The notes beneath the pieces were generated by a model. The model ran no database searches and was not told where the DNA came from. It saw only the letters and a program-made list of their open reading frames with translations. Positions 1-14,780 of a stretch of DNA of 64,000 nucleotides are shown here, piece by piece. Made by a program: the position numbers and the translations under genes. The DNA is from the human T2T-CHM13v2.0 reference genome, Homo sapiens. The DNA is taken from the NCBI RefSeq assembly GCF_009914755.1, contig NC_060925.1, one strand, 5' to 3'. Each line of letters opens with the position of its first letter. Positions within the stretch are counted from its first letter, which is position 1.

Positions 1-1172
<1,172 letters not shown>

Positions 1173-1493
1173 CCAGAGTTAATATTCAGATTCACTCTTG
1201 GTGTTATACAGTCTATGGGTTTGGACAGATGTATAATGACTTATATACACCATTATAATGTTATACAAAGTAGTTTCACCATTTTAAAGTAAACAATTCA
1301 ATGGCATTATGCACATTCACACTATTGTGCAACCATCACCACCTCTCACCTCCAGAACTCTTTGCAAAACTCTATGCCGTTGGACAATAAATTCCCATTC
1401 CCTCTCCTCCCAGCCCTAGCAACTACCATTCTACTTTCTGTCTCTATGATCTTGACTACTCTAAGTACTTCATGTAAGTGGAATAATACAGTA

Positions 1494-1523
1494 TTTTTAT
1501 TTTTTTATTTTTTATTTTTATTT

Positions 1524-1558
<35 letters not shown>

Positions 1559-2403
1559 GTATTTATTGATCATTATTGGGTGTTTCTCAGAGAGGGGGAT
1601 GTGGCAGGGTCATAGGATAATAGTGGAGAGAAGGTCAGCAGATAAACACGTGAACAAAGGTCTCTGGTTTTCCTAGGCAGAGGTCCCCGCGGCCTTCAGC
1701 AGTGTTTGTGTTCCTGGGTACTTGAGATTAGGGAGTAGTGATGACTCTTAAGGAGCATGCTGCCTTCAAGCATCTGTTTAACAAAGCACATCTTGCACGG
1801 CCCTTAATCCATTTAACCCTGAGTTGACACAGCACATGTTTCAGAGAGCAGGGGGTTGGGGGTAAGTTTATAGATTAACAGCATCCCAAGGCAGAATAAT
1901 TTTTCTTAGTACAGAACAAAATGGAGTCTCCTATGTCTACATCTTTCTACACAGACACAGTAACAATCTGATCTCTCTCTTTTCCCCACTTTTCCTCCTT
2001 TTCTTTTCGACAAAACCGCCATCGTCATCATGGCCCGTTCTCGATGGTCGCTGTCTTTTCGGAGCTGTTGGGTACACTTCCCAGACGGGGCGGCCTGGCA
2101 GAGGTGCTCCCCACCTCCCAGACGGGGCGGCCGGGCGGAAGCGCTCCCCACCTCCCAGACGGAGCGGCCGGGCAGAGGCGCCCCCCACCTCCCAGACGGA
2201 GCGGCCTGGCAGAGGCGCCCCTCACCTCCCAGACGGGGCGGCCAGGCAGAGGCGCCCCTCACCTACCAGGTGGGGTGGCTGGGCAGAGACGCTCCTCACT
2301 TCCCAGACAGGGTGGCCAGGCAGAGGCGCTCCTCGCTTCCCAGATGGGGGCGCCGGGCAGAGGCGCTTCTCACTTCCCAGACGGAGCGGCCAGGTAGAGG
2401 CGC
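1494..2403 (-). mobile_element. 5'-truncated SVA (older SVA_A/B-like): poly(A)/(TAAA)n tail, SINE-R and partial VNTR
   Basis: T-rich tail 1494-1557; SINE-R (gatcattattgggtgtttctcagagagggggatgtggcagggtcatagg...) about 1560-2075; ~37-40-bp GC-rich repeats CACCTCCCAGACGGGGCGGCCGGGCAGAGGCG at 2075-2403. Confidence 0.93.
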
Positions 2404-2658
2404 TGTTTAAATAATGCTGCCATGAACATGGCTATCTCTTTGAGACTCTTCAATTCTTTTGGGTGTATACCAAGAAGTGGAATTACTGGGTAATATGGTA
2501 ATTCTGTTATTAAATTTTTAGAGAACTACCATACTGTTTTCCACAGAGCCTACACTATTTAACATTTTCACAAACAGTTCACAACTATTCCAGTTGCTCC
2601 ACAATCTTGCCAACACTTATTTTCCAGTTTTGTTGTCACTGTTTTTAGAAATCATGGC

Positions 2659-3207
2659 TTGTTAATTAGGTAAACTTGTATTGTGGGGGTTTGTTGTACA
2701 GATTATTTCATTATCCAGGTATGAAGCTTAGTGCCTATTAGTTATTTTTCCTAGTCCTCTCCCTCCTTCCACCTTCCATTCTCCACCCTCCAATAGGCCC
2801 CAGTGTGTGTTGTTCCCCTTTATGTGTCCATGTGTTCTCATCATTAGTTCCCACATATAAGTGAAAACATGCAGTATTTGGTTTTCTGTTCCTGTGTTAG
2901 TTTGCTAAGGATAATGACCTCTAGCTCTACCCATGTACCTGCAAAGGACATTATCTCATACTTTTTTTATGGCTGCATAGTGTTCCATTGTGTATATATA
3001 CCACATTTTCCTTACCCAGTCCCTCACTGATGGGCATTTAGGTTGATTCTATGCCTTTGCTGTTGTGAATAATGCTGCAATGAATATACACATGCATGTG
3101 TCTTTATAATAGAATGATTTATGTTTCTTTTGGTATATACTCAGTAATGAGATTGCTGGGTCGAATGGTATTTCTGTTCCCTGAACTTTAAATAAAAGTT
3201 AAAAAAA
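2659..3207. mobile_element. Older L1PA (L1PA12-16-like) 3' fragment with 5' inversion: 2659-3178 on -, terminal 3179-3207 on +
   Basis: The antisense L1PA 3' UTR lacks its terminal bases. Those bases appear in sense orientation as CCCTGAACTTTAAATAAAAGTTAAAAAAA. Confidence 0.75.
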
Positions 3208-4516
3208 GATAATCTCTTGCAGTTCTATATTGGCAAACAGAGGTCTGTAAATAGTACATCCTAAATATATCTTAGCTTATTTTTTTTTTTTTGGAAAAGC
3301 ACCAAATTCAGGTTTACTTAAAGAAAAAAAATTGTGTGCATCTCATTTAATAAATCTTAATAAAATTTTCTACCATCTAAAGGCATTATGGTCATCCTAA
3401 TGAACTTGAGGTGGTATCTCATTATAGTTTTGAATTGTGTTTCCCTAATGATTAGTGATCTTGAGTATCTTTTTATTTGTTTACCAGTGATTTGCATATA
3501 TTCCTTGGAGAAATGTCTATTCAAGTCCTCTGCCCATGTTTGAATTGGGTTGCTTGTGTTTTTGTTGTTGAGTTTTTAAGGGGTTCTCTCTATATTCTGG
3601 ATATTAATTCCTTATCAGATATATATTTTGCAAATATTTTCTTGCATTCTGTTGCCTTTAACTCTGTTGGTAGTGTTTTTTGATGAATAAAAATTTTAAA
3701 TTTTCATAAAGTATACTTTATCATTTTTGCTTTTGTTGCCTGTCCGTTGGAATCACACCAAATAAACTATTGCCAGATCCAGTGTCATGAAGTTTTTGCC
3801 CTATGTTTCCTTCTAAGAGTTTTATCATTTTAGATCTTATATTTGGTAATGGATCCATTTTGAATTAATTTTTGTATATGGTGTTAGATGAGAACTGAAC
3901 TTTATTATTTTGCATGTAGATATCCAATTTTCATAGTGTCATTTGTTTAAAAGACTGTAATTTCCTCATTGGATGGTCTTGGCACCTCCTCAAAAACCAT
4001 TTGACCATATATCTGAGATTTTATTTCTGGATTATCTATTCTATTCCATTGGGTTTTGTGTCTATCACTATGCCAGTTCCACATTATTTTGATCGCTATA
4101 GATTTGCAGTAAATTTTAAAATCAGAAAGTGTGAATCCTTCAGTTTTGTTCTTATTTTTCATGATTGTTTTGGCTACTCATCATACCTTGAAACTCCATA
4201 TGAATTTTAAGATGGATTTTTCTATTTCTGCAAAACATGTCATTGCAGTTTTAATAGGGGTTGCATTGAATCTGTAGTCACTCTGGGTAGCATCGGCATC
4301 TTAACAACATGGTTGTTCAAGCTGTTAACATGGGATTTGCTTTTATTTATTTGTCTTTAATTTCTTTCTGAGATGTTTTGTAGTTTTCATTGTACAGGTC
4401 TTTCACCTTTATGTTTAAGTTTAATCCTAAATATTTTATTTTTCATGTTATTGTAAATAAAATTTTCTGAATTTCTTTTTCAGATTGTTCATTTTTAGTG
4501 TATAGAAGTTCAACTG

Positions 4517-4815
4517 TGCCAGGTGTGGTGGCTCAGACCTATGTTCTCAGCAATTTACGAGGCTAAGAAAGGAGGATCTTATGAGGTCAGGAGTTAGAGA
4601 CAAGCCTGGACAAAATAGCTAGACCTCTGTCTCTACAAAACAAAAAAAAAAAGTTAAAAAAAATAGCTAGGCATGTTGGCACCCTCCTGTGGTCCTAGCT
4701 ACTCAGGAGGCTGAGGCAAGAGGATCCCTAAAGCTCAGGAATTCAAGGCTGTAGTGAGCTGTGATCATGCCACTGCACTCTAGCCTGGGCTACAGAGCAA
4801 GACCTCATCTCTGAA
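4517..4815 (+). mobile_element. AluJ
   Basis: Diverged dimer; TSD-like agaagttcaactg / agaaaagcaactg. Confidence 0.85.
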
Positions 4816-6991
4816 GAAAAGCAACTGATTTTTATGTGATATCATTGTATCTTGCTACTTTGCTGAGTTTGTTTATTGGTTCTAATAGATTTTTTGCAAA
4901 TTTTTTACTTTTTTTTCCTATAAGATAATATTATCTGGTTGCAGATGATGTGCAACCAGATGATATAATCCTCTTTTAAATTTACTAAATTTCTTCCAAT
5001 TTAGATGCCTTTTATTTATTTTTCTTTCCTGATTACTGTGGCTAAGACTTCCAGTACTACCTTAAATAGAAGTGGCAAAAATGGTCATTCTTGCATTGTC
5101 TTAGAGAAAAACTATCAGTCTTTTATCACTGAGTAAAATGTTCATTGTGGGATTTTCATATATGGCTTTTATTATGTTGAGATAATTTTCTTTTACACTT
5201 TATTTAGTGTTTTTATCATGAAAAAATGTTGAATTTTTCAAATGCTTTTCTGCCTCAATTGAGAGGATCATATGGTTTGTTTTTCTTCATTCTGTTAATG
5301 TGGTATATTATATTGATTTTCATATGTTGAACTACCTTTGCATTCCAGAAATAAATCCCATTTCCTCACTTTGTATACTTTATTTAATGTGCAGCTGAAT
5401 TTGGTTTGCTTGCGTTTGTGGAGGATTTTTGCATCAATACTCATAAAGGATATTTGTCTGTATTTTTTTTTTCTTATAGTATCTTTGTCTGGTTTTGATA
5501 TTGGGTTAATGCTGGCCTTATCAAATGAATTAGAGAGTGTTCTCTTGTCTTCAATGTTTTGGAAAAATTTGAGAGGGACTGCTATTAATTTTTCTTTAAG
5601 TGTTTGGTAGAATTCACTAGTGAAGCCATCAGTTCTAGAGCTTTCCTTTGTTGAAAAAATTTTAAATTACTGATTCAATCTTCTTGGTAGTTATATGTCC
5701 ATTCAGATTTTCTATTTATTTGTAGTTTAGTCTTTGTAGGTTTTGTGTTGCTAGAAGTTTTTCCATTTTCACCTATGTATTTGTCATTGTACAATTTTTT
5801 ATTGTACTCTCTTAGAATCCTTCTTTTCATTTCTATAGAATCAGTAGTAATGTTCCCAATTTCATTTTTGATTTCATTGATTTGTTTTTATCTTATTATT
5901 AATTTCTTATCTATCTTATTGTTTACTTTGCTAAAGATTTGCAATTTTCTTAATATTTTCAAGTAATAAATTTTGCTTTCATTGATTCTCCATTATTTTT
6001 CTATTCTCTTTCTTATCTCTGCTCTAATCTTCATTATTCCTTTCCTTCTGCTAGCTTTGGGATTTTTTTTTTTTCTAGTTTCTCAAGTAGTAAAGGTTGA
6101 TTGATAATCTGAGATCTTTCTTTTTTTAATGCAAGCATTTACAGCTACTATTTTCCCCTTAGCACTGCTTTCACCATGTTTTGGTATGTTGTGTTTTCAT
6201 TTTCACTTGTTTCTAAGTATTTGCTAATTTCCCTAATGATTTCTTCTTTTAACCATTGTTTGTCAAAAAAAAGTGTTGTTTGATTTCCACAAATTTGTGA
6301 ATTTTCTAGTGTTTCTCCTGTTATTGATTTCTAATTTCATCCATTTGTGACTGATGAAGATATTGTACATTGTCACTGAAAATTCACTGAGACTCAACTT
6401 GTGGCCTAAGAGATTGTCTATTCTGGAAAATGTGTGCACTAGAGAAGAATGTGTATTTCATTGCTGTTGGGTAGGGTGTTTTGTATACGTCTGTTAGATC
6501 TAGTTGGTTTATTGTGTTATTCAATTGCTCTGTTCCATTACTTATCTTCTGTATGGTTGTTATATCTATTATTTAGAGTGGAATGTTGAAATCAACAATT
6601 ATTATAGAATTATTTACTCCTATTTTGACTGTGTTAATTTTTGCTTCATATATTTTGATAGTCTGTTATTAGGTGTATAATGTTTATAATCATTATATCC
6701 TCATACCATATTGAAGCTTTTATTAAAATATAATGTCCTAATTTATGTCTCGTGAAATTTTTTGATTTATAGTCTATTTTGTCTGATATTGGTACAGTCA
6801 CCCCTGTTCTCTCTTGGTTACTATTTGCATGGAATATCTTTTCCACTCTTTTACTTTTCACCTATTTGTGTCTTTGAATCTAAAATTAGTCCCTTTTAGA
6901 TAGCATATAGTTACATCATGCTTTTTAATCCATTCTTCCAATCTCTGTCTTTTGATTGGGGAGATTAATACATTTACATTTAATGTAATTA

Positions 6992-7383
6992 CAGTTATGC
7001 ATACTTAACAATGGGGAAACATGCTGAGAAATGCATTTTAAGGCAATTTCATTGTTGTTTGTGAACATAGTTGAGAGTACTTATGCAAACCTATATAGTA
7101 TAGCCTGCTATACACCTAATCTACATGGTATTGCCTATTGCTCCTAGGCTACAAACCTGTACAGCATGTCGCTGTATTGAATACTGTAGGCTATGTAACA
7201 CAATGGTAAGTATTTGTATATCTAAACATACATAAACATAGAGAAGGTAATGCATTACACTATGATGTTATAATGGCTATAATGTCACTAGGTGTTAGAT
7301 ATTTTTCAGCTCAATTTTAATCATATAGAACCAGTGTCATATATGTGGTTCAACATTGACTAAAATGGCATTATGCATGACTG
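6992..7383 (+). mobile_element. Tigger3a/MER7-like DNA transposon
   Basis: TA|CAGTTATGCA...TGCATGACTG|TA terminal inverted repeats with TA duplication; internal match to the recalled Tigger3 consensus. Confidence 0.8.
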
Positions 7384-9517
7384 TACTAATAAAGAGGGAC
7401 TTACTTTCTTCATTTGGCTACTTGTTTTCTATGTGCCCTAAGGCATTTTCGTTTCTTATTTCCCAAATTATTGTCTTTTTTTGTGTTTAGCTGATTTTTT
7501 ATAGTGAAGTGTTTAAATTTATTTCTCACTTCCTTTTGTTAATATTCTTCAGCTATTTTCTTTGTGGTTATCATAAGTATTACATTTAACATCTTAAAGT
7601 CACAACAGTATTATTACATTTAACTTATACCAGCTTTACATTAATAGCATGCAACAGCTTTTCTCCTTTAACAGCTTCATCTCCATGCTTTTTAGTTGTT
7701 GACATCACAAAATTACGTCTTCATACCTTATGTGTCCAGAATCTAAACTTACAATTTTTAAATTCCTTAGTTTCATGAATTATGTAAAAAACAAAGAGTG
7801 GAGTTAGAAATCAAAGGTAGAATAATGTTAGCTTTTTGATTTGATAATTGTTTCTTTAAAAAGTATTAGTCTTTTAAATCACACAGAAAACAAAAAGTGA
7901 AGTTACACACCATTGTTACAACAATACCTGCTTTTACAATTGCTTGTATATTTACCTTTACTGAGATATTTATTTTTTCATATGGCTTTGAGTTACTGTT
8001 TGGTATGTTTTCATTTCAACCTGTGGGGCAGTTCTCAACTTTTGTGTATCTGGGAAGGTCTTAATTTCTTTCTCACTTTTGAAGTAATGTTTTGCCTAAC
8101 ATAGGATTCTTGGTAGTTTGTTTCTTTTAGCACTTTAAATGTTAGCTCACTGCCTTTTGACTTCCAATGTTTCTGATGAGAAATCTGCTGATACTTTCAT
8201 TGAGGATCCCTTGTGAGTGTGTGCTGAGTCACTTCTTTCTTATTGCTGTTAGATTGTCTTTAGGGGGTTTGATTACATGTCACAGAGTGGGTCTCTTTGA
8301 GTTCATCCCACTTGGAGTTCAATGAGTTTCTTGGATGATGTTTACATTTATGTCTTTCATCAAATTTGGGAAGTTTTTGGCCATTATTTCTTCAAATAAG
8401 TTTTCTGCCACTTTCTCTCCATTCTCCCTGAAACTTCTGCAATGCATATGTCAGTGTGCTTGATGGTGTTGCACAGGTCTCTTAGGATTTGTTCACTCCT
8501 TTTCAACCTTTTTTTTTTTTCTGGTTCTCACACTTGATAATTTCCAATTTTCTGTTTTCAAGTTTGTAGATTCTTTCTTCTGCCTGCTCAAATTTGCCTT
8601 TGAATCTTGCTAGTGAACTTCTTATTTTATTTATTGTGCTTTTCAGTTCCAGAATTGTTTTTTATTTCTACTTTTTAGGTTTTCTATCTCTTTATTGATA
8701 TTTCTATTTTATTCATACATCTTTGTTTACTTTCTATTTTTTTCCTTTAGTTCTTTGAGCACCTTTAAAACAGTTGTTTTGAAGCCTTTGTCCAGTAGAT
8801 CAGACATCAGGTCTTTTCCAGGGGCAGTTTTTGTTAATTTATTTTTTCCTTTGAATGGGCAATACTTTCCTCTTTTATTGAAAACTTGACATTTAAATCT
8901 AATAATGTGGTAACTCTAGAAATCAGATTCTCCCCATTCCTCCATATTTACTGTTTATTTATTTATTTATTTATTTATTTATTCATTCATTTATTTTTCT
9001 AATGTTGTAGGGTGTCTATGTGTTGAGGATCAGATTTAGGTTTAAACTTAAGGTCTCCTTAGGTCTTCTCTGAGCTTTTTCTGTATATTCCCTGTAAATA
9101 TACAGTAACTTTCTTATTTCCCCTGTATATGTAGTTGCCTTTGAACTTCATTGTTTTCAATAACTGGTTCCCAAAAGGAGAAAAAAGAACATTGAAGGGA
9201 GGAAAAAATGTGCCAGCCCTTTACATCTTCTCAAAGTCACCCCAGCCAGAGTGGAAGGGGCTTGCAATAATTAAGGGAGATGTGGCAACAATGGTCGCCA
9301 CCTCTTTATCAGCACCTTTATGTTTAGAGTAACAATCAGCAATATGAGCACAGATCTCTAACATTGGGAAGACAGCATCCTTTTTGCCCACCCTCACCCT
9401 CTTAAGTTGTACGAAAGCTGCTCCAGGAACATATGCAAAGTTCCCTGCCATGTGGCTAAATGACGAGGTGAGGCATGGGTAGCTGCTACTGTGCTGAGTT
9501 AAAATTGACCAAAATTA

Positions 9518-9833
<316 letters not shown>

Positions 9834-11766
9834 TTACCATTCTAGTCTCCCCCTAAAAGCTTCAATTCTTCAGTAGATTCCAGAGTTCCAAAATACTTAT
9901 ATCAGACAAATTCTGCCAGTGCAGTTATTATCTTGGGAGTGACGGAAGGCCGATTTCTGATTATTTCTTCTCCACCATCTTCCCAGAGTTCTCTCTTTTC
10001 TAAGAAGGTTCTTAACTTCAAGTTTCATTTATTTATTGATATAGTGCTATTCTGGAAATCTATTTTTTCTTGAACATGTTTCATTGCTTGTGTCTTTCAA
10101 GAAATCTGTCCATTTTATCTAAGTTGCACACTTATTGGCTTAAAAGTTTTTAAAATAATAATTCCTTAAATATCCTTTAAAGATTTATGTGTTCTGTAGT
10201 GATATTATTTCTTTTATTTCTATTCTTTTATTTTGTACCATCTCTCTCTCTTTTTTCATGATCAGACTGGCCATGAGAACTTCATTAATTTTATTGACTT
10301 TTTCAAGGAATTAACTCTTGATTTCATTAACCTTCTTTATTATTTTTCCATTTTCTAGTTTAGTAATTTCTGTTCAGATATTTACTAATTTCTTCCTCCA
10401 CCTATCTTGGGTTTAATTTACTGTTCTCTTTCTAGTTTTTAAAGGTTAAAGTCATTGGTTTGAGATGTTTTTAAATTTTTGGATATACATATTTAGTGTT
10501 ACAAATACTTCCACATAGTGCTTTACTGGTATCCCTAAAATTTTGATATGCTGTGTTTTAATATTCATTCAGATCTTCTATAAGTCCATTTTCATTTCAA
10601 AATAATTTCTAATTTTTCTTTTGATTTCCTTGATTTATAAGTTTTATAAGAGTATTATTTAGTTTCAAAATAAATGAGGATTTTCCAAAGATATTTCTGT
10701 TATTTTTTTTTCCAGTTTAGTTTTATGGTATTCGGAAATTATGCTTTATAAGAATTGACTTCTTTTAAGTATTGAGACTTGTTTTATGGCTTGGATTATG
10801 ATTTATATTGATAAGTGTCCTACATACATTTGGGAAAAAAAAGTGTGATTTTTGTTTATGGGTAAAGTGTGCTATAAATGTCAACCAGGTCAGTTTAGTT
10901 GATAGTGCCATCCAAGTATTCTATATACTTAATGATTTCTGTCTACTTTTATCAGTCATGGACAGAAAGAAATTAAAATCTCTAACTATAGTTGCAGATT
11001 TCTCTCTTTTTTATTGTAATTCTATCAGTTTTTGCTCTATGCATTTTGAAGCTCTTGAACCAGATCGTCATATTCTCTTAAACAACAAACCACTTTAGCA
11101 CTGTGAAATGATCAGCTTTATCTTTGGTAATATTTGTTGTTCTAAAATCAATTGTTTTGATCGTAGCTTTCTTTCCACTGGTTTCATCATGGTGTCTATT
11201 TTTCATTTTATTATTTTTAAACTGTGTATGTTTAAAGTTTATTGCTTATCAACAGTATATAGTTGGGTCTTGTTTCTATATCCATTATGACAGTATCTGC
11301 CATTAAGTGGTATGTTTAGACCATTTGCATTTAATATGGCTTTTAATATTGTTAGATTTAAATCTATCATTTTGCCATTTGTTTTCCATTTGTCCATTTT
11401 TTTCTTTCACCTCTTTCCTTCTTTTGTCTGCCTTCTTTTTGATTAACTTTTTGTTTCCATTACATTTTCTTATTGGCTTATTAGCTATCATACTTTGTAT
11501 TACTCATTGTTCAGGATTTAGAGTATACATTTTTAACTTAGTCTATTTTCAAGTGACATTACTTTACATATTGTATAAGAGCCTTGCAACAGTACATTAC
11601 CAGACTTTACAATTGATACTTCCATTTACCCTTCCCTGCCCTTTTTATTATTGTCATACATTTTACTTTTATATGTTATAAATTTCATAATATATTTTTA
11701 TTTTTTTCCAAACAGTGCAGATCTGAAATGGTGATGAATTCTTTCAGCTTTTGTCTTTCCAAAAAA

Positions 11767-12062
11767 TATTTTTTTATTTTTTTTGAAATGGGGTCTTGCT
11801 CTTTCACCCAGGCTGAAGCACAATGGTGTAATTATGTTTCACTGCAGCCTTGAACTCTTGGGCTTAAACAATTCTCATGCGTCAGCCTCCTAAGTAGCTG
11901 GAACTATAGGTGTGCACACCCATTCCAGCCCAATTTTTAAATTTTTAGTGGAAAGGAGGTTTTTCTATGTTGCCCAGTCTGGTCTTGAACTCCTAGCTTC
12001 AAATGATCCTCCTGCCTTGTCCCCCAAAGTGTTGGGATTACAGGGATGCACCACCATGTCTG

Positions 12063-12064
<2 letters not shown>
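11767..12064 (-). mobile_element. AluJ
   Basis: Diverged antisense dimer. Confidence 0.85.
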
Positions 12065-12096
<32 letters not shown>

Positions 12097-12106
12097 GCTT
12101 TGGCTC

Positions 12107-12253
12107 TATTTTATTTATTTTATTTTTTATTTTTTAAGAGATGTTGTTTTGCTATGTTGCTTAGGATGGCCTCAAATTTCTGGGCTGAAGTAATTATTTT
12201 GCCTCAATCTCCCAAGTACCTGGGACTACCAGTATGTGCCACTGTGCCCAGCT
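12107..12253 (-). mobile_element. Alu monomer (FLAM-like)
   Basis: Single antisense arm ending ...ccactgtgcccagc. Confidence 0.7.
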
Positions 12254-13729
12254 TACCTTTACTCTTGAAACACATTTTCACTGGAATAGAATTATAGAAT
12301 GATGCTTTTTTCTCTCAATAGTTTAAAGATGCTGTTTTCTTACCTGCATTGTTTCTAGTAAGAAATCTGCTGTCATCCTCATCTTTGTTCTTCTTTATGT
12401 AAAGTTCTTTTTTTCTTAAACTGGTTTTGATATTTAATTTTTAGCACTGGTTTTGTTTTGATCAATTTGTTTTTGATGTGCCTTGCTGTAGTTTTCTTCA
12501 TTTTTTTGTCCTTGGGTTTCATGGAACTACTTGTATATGTGTGGTTTTATAGTTTTAATCAGGTTTGGAAATTTTTCATTCATTATTTCTTCATATGTAT
12601 TTTCTATCCACCCCTTTCTAGAGACTCCAATTAAATGCATATTAGGCTACTTAAAGTTGTTCCATAGTTCATTTATGACATTTTTGAAAATTATTTTAGA
12701 TGTTTTGTTTTGGATAGTTTTAATTGTTATGTGTTCAAAATCACTAAAGCTTAATAATCAGATAATCTTATATGGTGTATTTTTTAAATCACATACATTG
12801 TACTTTTTATCTCTGAATATTTGATTTGGGTCTTTCTTATACCATTCTTATGTTGTTACTTATTTGTTTGAATATATGGAATGCAGTATTCTTTTTTTAT
12901 GCTTTTATTCTATTATCTGCTTATGTTCTGGGTCAGTTTCAATTGATTGACATTTTTCTCATTATGAGTCATATTTTCCTACTTCTTTGCGTACCTGGTA
13001 AGCTTTTATTTGATGCCAGACACTTTGAATTTGCATTGTTGAATACTGCATGTTATTTGTATTCCTACAGCTTTTTGAGCTTTGTTGTAGAATGCAGCTA
13101 CTTAAAAACAATTTCATATTTTTGTGTTTTGCTTTTATGATTCATTATGTGGGACCAGAATAGTGTTTAGTCTAGGGCTAATTGTTTTCCACTATTGAGG
13201 CAAGACCCTTCTGAGTACTCTACTAATGCCCTGTGAATTAAATGGTTGTGCATTCTGGCTGGTGAGAGCTCAGTGTTAACGCTAGACACTGCTTTCTCTA
13301 ATTTTTTGAGTGTTTTTTTTTCCCCTGGCTTTGGATGGATTCCTCACATGCATGTGTTGATCAGTATTCTGCTGAAAAAAGGACCTTCTTCTGCAGGTCT
13401 CTGGAGTTGTTTTTTTTGTTTTGTTTTGTTTTGGTTTTTTTTGGTGCAGCTTTCTATTTTCATATACTATATCCTGAAAACTCCAGCTGTGTTGGCCTCC
13501 CCAGACTCTTGGTTTCATCTCCTCAACTCAGGAAGTTCTCTAGGCTGTACTTGCATTCCTCTTCCCTGTTCTGAGGTCTGGATTATTTTTTTAAATCAAT
13601 AAGCTGAGGAAAATTAGAGATCACCTTGATTGACTCCAGTCTTTCAGAAATTATTGTTTTTTATTGTTTGATGTCCAATGTATCGAAGATCATTGTCTCA
13701 TTTTTTTACTTGTTTTTGGTGACCATGAA

Positions 13730-14780
13730 GAAAAATTGAGCAGGGTAGGGGATAAAGGAGAGTGTGGAATAGATTTGGTTACATTACTTGAGACCCTCTT
13801 TGAATGATTAATGTGAAGATACACTGAAGGAATTGAGGGAGTGAGCCATGAGGCTATCTTGAGGAAGAACATTTGAGGCAGAAAGATAAGCAAATTTAAG
13901 AAGAGCAATAGGAGCATGACTGACTTGCCAAAAAACACTGTGGGGGTCACTGTAGCTTGAGACAGTTCACAGGACTGAGAGGATGAGACTGGAGAGAGAA
14001 CCAAGTGCTCAAATAATACGAACCTTTTAGGAAGAAAGCACTGTGGTTTTATTCTAAGTGTGATGAGAAGCTATTGTAAGATTTTCAGCAATAGTGTATG
14101 TGTCAAAGAAAAATATTTAACATTTTAAAGAATAACATGTTGGATGCTGTGTAGAAAATTGATTGCAAGGGGTCAAGAGTAAACGTAGATTTGGACAAGG
14201 GTAGTAACAAATGATACAATTATAGAATATCTTAAGGGAAGTGCTGATAAAATTTGATGGATTGGGTGGATATGAGGGAAAAAAAGGAATAAAGATTTAT
14301 TTCCAAGTTTTTTGCCCAAATCATGGTCTCATATACTAACATGGATAACAATGGAGAGGAAAGTTTTATTGAGGAAAATTGAGTTATGTTAAGTTTGAGA
14401 TGCAAGTTGAAATGTCAGGTAGGCAGTTATTCAAGTCTGGACACCAAGGAAGAGACGGAATATTTTAGAGTCCTCAGCATACACATGGCGTTGTGTGGAG
14501 ATCAGTAGGAAGAGTGAGGCTAAATAAGTCCATGGACTGGTTCTGGTGCATTTTAAACTTCAGAGGCTGGAGAATTGAGACTGAATCAACAAAAGACAAA
14601 GGAGTAGAAGCCAATGATATGGGAAAAAAATCAGGAAAGTATGGCATCCTGGGAGCCAAGCACAGAAAATACTTCAAGAAATAGGAAGGGGTCAACCATG
14701 TCTAATGTTGCTGAGAGATTGAGTAAGATAAAAAGCAAAAATTGACGTTGGATTATTCAAAGTGCAGGTCTTCCGTGATT
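13730..14780 (-). mobile_element. L2 LINE fragment
   Basis: Purine-rich antisense L2 motifs (gagtgagccatg, ttttattctaagtgtgatgagaagc, atgttgctgagagattgagtaagat). Confidence 0.7.

Larger units (their letters stand above)
10000..13720 (-). mobile_element. Very old L1M fragment(s)
   Basis: T-rich antisense L1-like sequence with motifs such as gagaaatctgctgtcat and ggaaatttttcattcattatttcttca. Confidence 0.65.

Noticed and set aside
2075-2403. Regular ~37-40-bp repeats resembling a CRISPR array or CpG island
   Set aside because: This is the SVA VNTR: no unique spacers, and a eukaryotic context.
1906-2410. Several overlapping GC-rich ORFs of 65-126 aa
   Set aside because: They are translations of SVA VNTR/SINE-R sequence, which is open in many frames because of repeat composition.
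12065-12093. A29 tract suggesting a separate retro-insertion
   Set aside because: It abuts the 5' end of an antisense Alu and mirrors the CAAAAAA on the other flank; best explained as slippage expansion of the TSD.
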